Part shown: in pieces, positions 56,876-64,000 of the stretch
Position numbering within the stretch: position 1 is the first letter of the stretch
Layout of the letters: each line of letters starts with the position of its first letter
DNA from: a virus
Virus record (IMG/VR): IMGVR_UViG_3300044732_000704
Span: 29,435 to 93,434 of that record
Direction: 5' to 3' (one strand)
Length of the DNA: 64,000 nucleotides
The notes under the pieces: generated by a model
Database searches by the model: none
Seen by the model: the letters and a program-made list of their open reading frames with translations, nothing else
What the model was told of the DNA's origin: nothing
Made by a program: the position numbers and the translations under genes

Positions 56876-57210
56876 TGGCTTTATCTATATTTGTTCCAAC
56901 AGACGCTTATTCTGAAACACGTATCAGCTTGAACAATCAAATCCTCTACTCCGTAATGAAATGGAACACAAGAGAATCCTCTTGGTATTTTAGTTTACTT
57001 GATGTGAACAAGAATACGTTAATGGATGGTGTTAAACTTTGTTTTGGTGTATGTGCTACAAGTAAGCTATCTAATAACCCTCTGGGTGGTAATATCTATA
57101 TTGTGAATAATACAGATAGTATTGAAGACCTTGGACGTAATAACTTTGGACAGGGTTTGAAGTATGAGTTTGTTTATCTCACTAACGCAGAAGAAGCAGG
57201 AGTGTTCTAA
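56875..57210 (+). CDS. Baseplate plug-like virion protein
   Basis: WNTRESSWY motif; synteny. Confidence 0.65.
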   Translation: MALSIFVPTDAYSETRISLNNQILYSVMKWNTRESSWYFSLLDVNKNTLMDGVKLCFGVCATSKLSNNPLGGNIYIVNNTDSIEDLGRNNFGQGLKYEFVYLTNAEEAGVF

Positions 57211-58292
57211 TGTCACTGGTGTTTGACCGCAGTTACCGATTGAGTGTAATTGAACAAAAAGTTACGTATACGGGTGGGTCTGCACCAGCGAATATTAAAC
57301 AAGGCTATTCTACAGCATGGAAAGCCTCACCAAACGCTTCAGGAAGCCCTCTGAGCGCTTTACAGCAGACATACCACCCTACCGTATTCTTACAACAAGA
57401 TAATGCAACAGGGAACCTTGTAGGCGTTTCTACAGACACTGCCAATCAGACGAAGACAACATCCGGTGGTGATAGCGTAATGATCACCAACTTACACATG
57501 ACTGCTGAGATTAATAGTGCAGCTAAAGAAGGTGACGTATCTACATCAGTTATCAGAGTATACAACGCTTCAAAAGAAACAAGAGCTAAACTTGAAAGAA
57601 AGAATGCTTACGTAATCCTTGAAGCTGGGTACGGTGAAGATGTTGGTATCGTATTCACTGGAACATCTCAAAGAGCTTTCAGTAGAAAACAAGGTACGGA
57701 TATTGTCACTGAGATACAGTGTGTAGATAGTAACGTGCAATTAAAGACTTCGAGAGTATCTTTTGCTTGGCCTCCAAATACAAAGTATTCTCAAATACTT
57801 ACGGATATTGCTGGCGCAATGAAAGAGCAAGGGATTGCCACTGGCTTTCTGGAAACAAAAGCTAAGAACTTAGATTCGTTACCGTCCCCTGAAGAAACTG
57901 TAGCTAAAGGTGGTTATAGTTTCCAAGGATTATCTTCTCAGTTGTTGGACAAAGTATGTGAGCAATTTGCGTACAATTGGTACATCACACTAAACGAGCT
58001 ATACATTCATCCTCGTACATTCAATAAGTTCACTGTGCAGTATGATATTAATGCTGACCTGATGAAGTCAATGGAACCAGAACAAGAATCAAAGCAAGAG
58101 GTTCCTTCAGTTGAAACTCCTGCACGATTCAAGTTGGTAACATTCTTAGACCATCGTATTAAGATAGGTCAGCTTATCAGAATCACACAAGGTCAATACA
58201 AAGGTTTATATAAAGTAATTTCAGTTGATACACGACTATCTTATTTAGATGGCGGTGGTTGGGATAGTGAAGTAGTATTGGAGATAGCATGA
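57210..58292 (+). CDS. Baseplate hub protein
   Basis: IRVYN, LEAGY, VFTG motifs. Confidence 0.8.
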   Translation: MSLVFDRSYRLSVIEQKVTYTGGSAPANIKQGYSTAWKASPNASGSPLSALQQTYHPTVFLQQDNATGNLVGVSTDTANQTKTTSGGDSVMITNLHMTAEINSAAKEGDVSTSVIRVYNASKETRAKLERKNAYVILEAGYGEDVGIVFTGTSQRAFSRKQGTDIVTEIQCVDSNVQLKTSRVSFAWPPNTKYSQILTDIAGAMKEQGIATGFLETKAKNLDSLPSPEETVAKGGYSFQGLSSQLLDKVCEQFAYNWYITLNELYIHPRTFNKFTVQYDINADLMKSMEPEQESKQEVPSVETPARFKLVTFLDHRIKIGQLIRITQGQYKGLYKVISVDTRLSYLDGGGWDSEVVLEIA

Positions 58293-58933
58293 GCTTAAAA
58301 GCTTTTATGAAAAGTCATTTGGAATCATTGCAGTCACAAATCTTCACTGGACTTCCAGCTATTGTAACTGACAATTCTGAATACGAAAGTAAAAATATTA
58401 TTTCTGTTCGTCCTACAATTGACATGCAGCATTCTGATGGACAAGTGAGTGAATGTCCTGAGATATTCAATGTTCCCGTGATTAACCCTTCTGCTGGTGG
58501 AGGGTTATTATCATTTCCAATTCAGATTGGTGATACAGTTTGGATTGAGTTCTCAATGCGTAACATTGAAGAATGGTTGGAAGGTGATGGTGGCTCTGTT
58601 ACTGAACCAACGCAACGTATGCACGACATGAGTGATGCTGTTGCTATTGTTGGATTGTACACAAAGAATAGTCATTTACAACCAGACAAGAAAGATGTTG
58701 TTCTTAAGTTTAAAGACAATAAGCTGGTACTGAAAGAAGATGGTAATGTAGAGATACATAGTAAGTCTAAATATTCTGTGTACAATGACCAAGAAGAACT
58801 GGTTGCTTTACTCAGTGACATTGTTGACACAATAGCTAACACCACAGTCAACACTATATTCGGCCCTACACCTTTAAACAGTAAAGCACAGATAATGCAA
58901 CTGAAGGCCAAGCTTGACACATTTAAAAAATAG
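58289..58933 (+). CDS. Baseplate spike (Gp138-like)
   Basis: NVPV..P.AGG, FP..GD, RMHDMSDAVAI. Confidence 0.82.
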   Translation: MSLKAFMKSHLESLQSQIFTGLPAIVTDNSEYESKNIISVRPTIDMQHSDGQVSECPEIFNVPVINPSAGGGLLSFPIQIGDTVWIEFSMRNIEEWLEGDGGSVTEPTQRMHDMSDAVAIVGLYTKNSHLQPDKKDVVLKFKDNKLVLKEDGNVEIHSKSKYSVYNDQEELVALLSDIVDTIANTTVNTIFGPTPLNSKAQIMQLKAKLDTFKK

Positions 58934-58980
58934 CTGTTGACAAAATAAGCCAATGGCTTTAATATATTAGGAGACTTAGA

Positions 58981-59172
58981 ATGGCAATGAGTGCTTCATC
59001 TCTTGCTGCTGCAATCAAATCCGCAGTAAATGCTATTGATGTTGATAATGGAGAAATCACAAATGATTCCGTTATTGACGCTTTAGCCTCCGCTATTGTT
59101 AATCACATCAAAGATAACGCCAAAGCAAATGTTACTGGCGGTAGCTCAGCAGGGCAGTGGCCCATCATCTAA
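58981..59172 (+). CDS. Small virion/baseplate protein
   Basis: 63 aa ORF with GGAG RBS and an upstream promoter-like TTGACA. Confidence 0.6.
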   Translation: MAMSASSLAAAIKSAVNAIDVDNGEITNDSVIDALASAIVNHIKDNAKANVTGGSSAGQWPII

Positions 59173-59181
59173 GGGTCTATA

Positions 59182-59541
59182 ATGGCAGACATTAAATTAA
59201 CATCAGCACACGATATAGACTGGAATGATTTTGTATTGACGACTGACAACTCCATGTCTGTAGCTCAGAAGATTAAGATTCGCTTATTACGTTATCGTGG
59301 TGAATACTTCAAAGATACAACGCTCGGTATTGATTACTTTGGGACTGTTCTGGGTAAGACGCAGAAAGAAGTAGTTGATACAATATTCATTGATGAAATC
59401 ACAGACACTGTTGGTGTCCTGACACTTGATGCTTATGAATCTATTCTGGATAGCACTGGTGTATATACAGCTTCTTTTGTAGCAACCACAGACGAGGGTG
59501 TTACATTCCAATTCAATATCCAGCCAATAGAATTACTGTGA
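59182..59541 (+). CDS. Baseplate wedge / sheath initiator (gp25/W-like)
   Basis: QKIKIRL...GEYFKDTTLGIDY. Confidence 0.78.
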   Translation: MADIKLTSAHDIDWNDFVLTTDNSMSVAQKIKIRLLRYRGEYFKDTTLGIDYFGTVLGKTQKEVVDTIFIDEITDTVGVLTLDAYESILDSTGVYTASFVATTDEGVTFQFNIQPIELL

Positions 59542-59551
59542 GGATAAGAGA

Positions 59552-60967
59552 TTGTCAATTACAACAACTGGGTATGACCTGAAGCGTTATCAAGACATTA
59601 TTGCAGAAGTGCAAAGTGATTTCATTACAGCAACGGGTAATCCTAATTTTGATATGAGTGATGACTCACTCATTGGTATTTTAAATAGAATCTGGTGCTT
59701 GAAAGTATCAGAACTTTATGAATTAGCAGCAGCACAATGGAGTGCTGGCGATCCTGATACAGCTACAGGTGTTGCATTAGAACGTATTGTTCGTAGAGCA
59801 AGAATGACTCGCTTACAAGCTGTGAAAGCTTATGGTACATTAGAGTTCACTGGTACGTTAGGTGCTAACATCAACTCAGGTACACAAGTAAAAGATTTAG
59901 CCGGTAATGTTGTCCAGACATTAGCTCAACTGACATTGAATAGTGCTACACTGAAAGCTGTGAACATCAACATCACCGTAGCTAATAACTTCACATATTC
60001 TTTGTCCGTCAATGGCGTAGTTTATTCTGTTATCTCAGATGCTACAGCAACAGAAGCTGAAATAATTTCTCTGTTTCAAACAGTATTGTCATCTCTGACT
60101 ACAATCTCAGTAAGTAATAATGCTAACAGACTTCAGTTAACAAGTCAAACAGATTTCTCTGTGTCTGTATCAACAAACTTAGCTATCTTCAATGTAACAA
60201 ATTCTGTTGCTTCTGAAGCGCTGATTGCTAATACAGAAGACTATGAAGCAAACACATTAAACTACTTAGTCACCACGTTACCATCTATTGTTGTAACCAA
60301 CAATCAGAAGTGGGTGACAGGTAGAGCTGAAGAAACTGACGCTGAACTACGTAGCCGTTTCTATGGTAGTGTTGGCGGGCAAGGTAAAGCTACAGTGAAT
60401 GCTATCTTCGCAGCACTATCGTCTACTGAAGGTGTAGTGAGTGCGGTAGTAGAAGAAAACTGGACGAACACAACAAACTCAAACGGTTTACCAGCTAAGA
60501 GTATTGAATGTACCGTTAAAGGTGGTAGTGACTTAGCTGTAGCTAATACGGTATGGAACACTAAACCGGCGGGTATTCAACCTTTCGGTAATACATCCAC
60601 AAACATTGTTGATAGCCAAAACCAAACACAAACAATCTTCTACTCCCGTCCTGTTGACCAGTATATTCATGTTCGTGTGGAATATCAACTATACAGCGAA
60701 GAATTATTCCCGTCAGATGGTGCTGTGCAGATTGCTAACGCAGTGAAATCTTATGGTGACTCATTAGGATTGAATGAAGATGTAATCCCTCAACGTATTA
60801 TGGGTGCTATCTATTCTAAAGTAAGTGGTATCAGTAACCTCGCTGTCACTGCTGGTAAGACATTAACTCCCACTGATACCCCTGTATTGTCTAGCGGCAT
60901 TACTACTATTGGTAGAAAGGATGAAGCTGTATTTGATATTAGTCGTATCACAGTAATTGCGGGGTAA
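59552..60967 (+). CDS. Baseplate J-like wedge protein
   Basis: ATGVALE, GRAEETDAELRSR, KPAGI motifs. Confidence 0.88.
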   Translation: MSITTTGYDLKRYQDIIAEVQSDFITATGNPNFDMSDDSLIGILNRIWCLKVSELYELAAAQWSAGDPDTATGVALERIVRRARMTRLQAVKAYGTLEFTGTLGANINSGTQVKDLAGNVVQTLAQLTLNSATLKAVNINITVANNFTYSLSVNGVVYSVISDATATEAEIISLFQTVLSSLTTISVSNNANRLQLTSQTDFSVSVSTNLAIFNVTNSVASEALIANTEDYEANTLNYLVTTLPSIVVTNNQKWVTGRAEETDAELRSRFYGSVGGQGKATVNAIFAALSSTEGVVSAVVEENWTNTTNSNGLPAKSIECTVKGGSDLAVANTVWNTKPAGIQPFGNTSTNIVDSQNQTQTIFYSRPVDQYIHVRVEYQLYSEELFPSDGAVQIANAVKSYGDSLGLNEDVIPQRIMGAIYSKVSGISNLAVTAGKTLTPTDTPVLSSGITTIGRKDEAVFDISRITVIAG

Positions 60968-60971
60968 TATC

Positions 60972-61589
60972 ATGTACCCAGTTAAGATAACAAATCATGT
61001 GGAGCAAGCGAAAGCTTTGCTCCTCTATCAATTTAGAAATAGTCCTAACATTCAGAAAGTAGTTGAAGTATTCCATACACAAATACAGAACGTAGAGAAT
61101 GAATACTTCACTTTACTTGAATCCCTCGGTATTGATACAGCGTATGGCTACGCTTTAGATGTTATCGGGAAAGAAGTACAAGAAGCTCGACAGAGTAGAA
61201 CTGATGAAGAGTATAGAAGTGCTATTCTCACTAAAGTATTCATAAACAATTCATCGGGTACGCCAGAAGAAGTTATTGCTGCCGCCAAACAAATTACTGG
61301 AGCAACAACAATTAAGTATTCTGAGCAATATCCTGCTGCTGTTGTGTTAGAGATTCTTGGAGCAGAGTATGTTTCCAAGGCAACAACTATCCGTAAAACA
61401 ATACCCGCTGCTGTAGATTTAGTGTTCGGTAATACAATGGAAATTGATACAGCACAATCTTATTCCGGTGCTGCCTACACACAGCAAGTGTTGTTTGAAA
61501 GCAATCCGGTTTATACAGATCTAATAGTTGGTGGGTATTTAGTCTCTACAGGACAATTATCAGAAGATACCATATTGTACCAACCATAA
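60972..61589 (+). CDS. Baseplate wedge subunit (DUF2612-like)
   Basis: IDTAYGYALDVIG, DEEYR motifs. Confidence 0.75.
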   Translation: MYPVKITNHVEQAKALLLYQFRNSPNIQKVVEVFHTQIQNVENEYFTLLESLGIDTAYGYALDVIGKEVQEARQSRTDEEYRSAILTKVFINNSSGTPEEVIAAAKQITGATTIKYSEQYPAAVVLEILGAEYVSKATTIRKTIPAAVDLVFGNTMEIDTAQSYSGAAYTQQVLFESNPVYTDLIVGGYLVSTGQLSEDTILYQP

Positions 61590-61601
61590 CAGAGGAAAGA
61601 A

Positions 61602-63548
61602 ATGAGTATTACAAAATTATATGCTGGTGTGGTTGGTGATCCATTAAATACATCAGGCCCACAACTCGCGGCCTCAGTTAACCAGTTAATTGATACACAC
61701 GTATCGCATTTGAAAGCACTGCCTACGGCGGCAAATGCACAGACTAACACTGTGTATAAAGTTATATCTTTCTACGATGGTTGGGCCGCACTTACCTCTA
61801 CCCCAAGTGGCGGTGGTTTATTTGTATGGAATCCTACCGCAAATAAAGCACTACATAACGGGATTACACACTATTCTCCAGAATCAATATTAGCTTGGGA
61901 TGGTACTCAAGCTGATTTACCTACACTACTAGACTGGACTGGTTCTGGTACAGGGGTATTTGTACGTATTCGTGGTGAGAGTTTGAATGTAGAGATGGCT
62001 GGTGCTGTGCAGAGCAATGCAATTAATAACGCAGCAGCTATCACAAAGACATTAAATGTGGCAGCTAGTTTACAATGTATGGTATCAGGTACTAAAGGTA
62101 TCTGGTATGGAGTTAGCGGAAACATCACAACTCCGACTTGGGTTTGGTTAGAAAGTATTAAACTAAAACAATTAACCCCCGCTAGTGTAAGCCGTAGAAC
62201 ATTATTCCAAGCATCTGGTACTAAATTTCACCTTAAAGATGTTACTGTAGATAGAAACGGGGACGGCTCTAGCGGCTCATTAACTGATGCTGCTGGAGTT
62301 TGGGTGAATGACTGTCCTGACGTCAATCTTGAAGATGTAGAAGTATTTGGTAATGACTTTGGTTCTGGTATTGCTGTTATTCGTTGTGATAATGCAGTAA
62401 TCAAAAGTATCTTTGTTCACGATATTGCCGGAGGTACTAATGTGTCTGCTGCAATTACAGATGACTCTATTCACGGTTTATGGGTACAGGGTGGTACTGG
62501 AGTTACTATTATCAACCCACGCATCAGGAACTTGCTGAACCGTTGGTCGGGTCAAGCATCATTCAACCGTTTTTCTAGGGGTATTGCTATAGGTGGGTCA
62601 AAGAGATTCTCCATCAGCAACCCTATGGTGGATAATGTTGACCAAGGTATTGATCTTACTGGAGACCAAAATCCAGAGTTCTTTGAAGTGACTGGAGGTA
62701 TAATTTCCAACTGTTATACTTGGGGAACTAAATGCGCTAACAGTGTACAAAACGGAGTCTTCACTGGGGTAGTGGCTTACCGTTGCGGTCAATCAGGTTT
62801 TGTGTCTAGCTCACCTAGCGTAGTGATGCCTGATAGAACTCAGAACATCACTTATACAGGATGTAAATCTATCCAAACTGGTTTTGGCGGGGTGTGGACC
62901 TCACTTGCTAACGTAGCTGGTTTTAGAGTGGCTAACACAGGTACTTATCCTGATTATCCTCGTTCTATTAAGTATGTGGGTTGTTCAGCAGATGGGGCTG
63001 ACGGAGCAATGGAGTATGGTTTCTTCAGTGACGCCACATTAGGTACAACTGACGGTGAACAATGGATTGAAGCGATTCACTGTGATGTTCAAGGAGCTAT
63101 AGTTAAAAACTACTATGGACTAAACAATGGATATGCAGACAGACAGCGTAGCACTGCACAATCTATCCCAAACAATGTTTGGACAGACCTTGAATATACT
63201 TCCACAACAGACTTCATGGGGGCATCTTCTGGGGTCGCATCTACTGAACTAAGTGCAACTCGATCTGGAATTTACACAATAGATGCAGGTATTACATGGG
63301 CAGGTAGTAATGTAGGAACTCGTTTCATTAGGTTAATGCTCAATGGTGTGGTAGTGAGAGGCTCTATAGTAAGAATTCCAGCGGTGACTGCTAATGAATT
63401 TAATATGAATACATCCATAACGATCCCAGTAAACACTGGGGGATTGCCAGTAAAAGTTCAAGTTTGCCAAGACAGTGGTGCTGCTTTGAATATCTTAGGT
63501 GGGGCTTTTAGACTTTCATTGGTATCGGCAGGTTATGGTGGAAACTAA
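61602..63548 (+). CDS. Tail spike with right-handed beta-helix (putative polysaccharide depolymerase)
   Basis: SFYDGW..GGGLFVW spike N-domain, parallel beta-helix repeats, C-terminal beta-sandwich. Confidence 0.78.
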   Translation: MSITKLYAGVVGDPLNTSGPQLAASVNQLIDTHVSHLKALPTAANAQTNTVYKVISFYDGWAALTSTPSGGGLFVWNPTANKALHNGITHYSPESILAWDGTQADLPTLLDWTGSGTGVFVRIRGESLNVEMAGAVQSNAINNAAAITKTLNVAASLQCMVSGTKGIWYGVSGNITTPTWVWLESIKLKQLTPASVSRRTLFQASGTKFHLKDVTVDRNGDGSSGSLTDAAGVWVNDCPDVNLEDVEVFGNDFGSGIAVIRCDNAVIKSIFVHDIAGGTNVSAAITDDSIHGLWVQGGTGVTIINPRIRNLLNRWSGQASFNRFSRGIAIGGSKRFSISNPMVDNVDQGIDLTGDQNPEFFEVTGGIISNCYTWGTKCANSVQNGVFTGVVAYRCGQSGFVSSSPSVVMPDRTQNITYTGCKSIQTGFGGVWTSLANVAGFRVANTGTYPDYPRSIKYVGCSADGADGAMEYGFFSDATLGTTDGEQWIEAIHCDVQGAIVKNYYGLNNGYADRQRSTAQSIPNNVWTDLEYTSTTDFMGASSGVASTELSATRSGIYTIDAGITWAGSNVGTRFIRLMLNGVVVRGSIVRIPAVTANEFNMNTSITIPVNTGGLPVKVQVCQDSGAALNILGGAFRLSLVSAGYGGN

Positions 63549-63566
63549 TATAATACAGGAAATAAA

Positions 63567-64000
63567 ATGGCTACAATTTTAACAGATGTAGGTAGGGCTA
63601 AATTATTAGTAGCCACTCCAATGGCGCCTGTTACTCTTTTAAGTATGGCATTTGGTGACGGCAGTGGGTCTCTCCCTGCCGTTGACCCTACCAGAACATC
63701 TCTGGTAAATGAAGTAATTAGGGTTAATTGCTCTAATCCAATTAAAGATACTGCAGACCCCACAGTGATTGCAGTAAGTGGGTACATTCCGAGAACGTTC
63801 GGTGGTGTAACATTACGTGAAGTTGGCATCTATGATAGTACTGGTGTTTTGATTGCTTACGGTACAATTAACAACCAAGTAATTCAAACACCGACAACAG
63901 AATATGGTTTCACTTATGTTGGTACTATCAGGGTAAAACTTGATAACACCGCAATGACAACTGTAATCAATTCTGATGCCCCTGCTTTTGACCACAGAGG
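63567..64000 (+). CDS. Tail fiber/collar protein, N-terminal part (runs off the window)
   Basis: ILTDVGRAK, MAFGDGSG, LVNEV, GGVTLREVGIYD (DUF3751-like). Confidence 0.82.
   Translation, partial: MATILTDVGRAKLLVATPMAPVTLLSMAFGDGSGSLPAVDPTRTSLVNEVIRVNCSNPIKDTADPTVIAVSGYIPRTFGGVTLREVGIYDSTGVLIAYGTINNQVIQTPTTEYGFTYVGTIRVKLDNTAMTTVINSDAPAFDHR

Noticed and set aside
344-63995. Numerous 60-130 aa ORFs antisense to or inside larger genes (e.g. 360-686, 14529-14825, 28757-29137, 53164-53484, 63545-63829)
   Set aside because: Shadow ORFs without RBS or motifs, opposite well-supported genes

Overview
This 64 kb window is part of a large, AT-rich, lytic myovirus (contractile-tailed dsDNA phage), probably infecting a Gammaproteobacterium; the host and genus cannot be fixed from sequence alone. 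Layout: (1) 1-9.8 kb accessory genes, including a stand-alone TnpB with an intact right-end omegaRNA, a broken denV, a free-standing homing endonuclease and a minimal family-A/T7-like polymerase; (2) about 9.8-14.4 kb a pre-early/host-takeover-like island with an Ocr-like protein, bounded by non-coding tracts that carry Fur-box-like palindromes; (3) 14.4-33 kb a minus-strand block (PIF1 helicase, spanins, two DNA methyltransferases including an M.HindIII homolog, HD hydrolase, kinase, dNMP kinase, HNH endonucleases, ClpP, PhoH, nucleotidyltransferase); (4) about 33.3 kb an iteron-like origin at the strand switch; (5) 37-40 kb three non-coding structured segments around terS; (6) 40.8-64 kb the morphogenesis operon, where terL, portal and tape measure are each split by a group I intron. 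No tRNA genes or CRISPR arrays were seen. All homology calls come from motif recognition by eye; no searches or folding programs were run.
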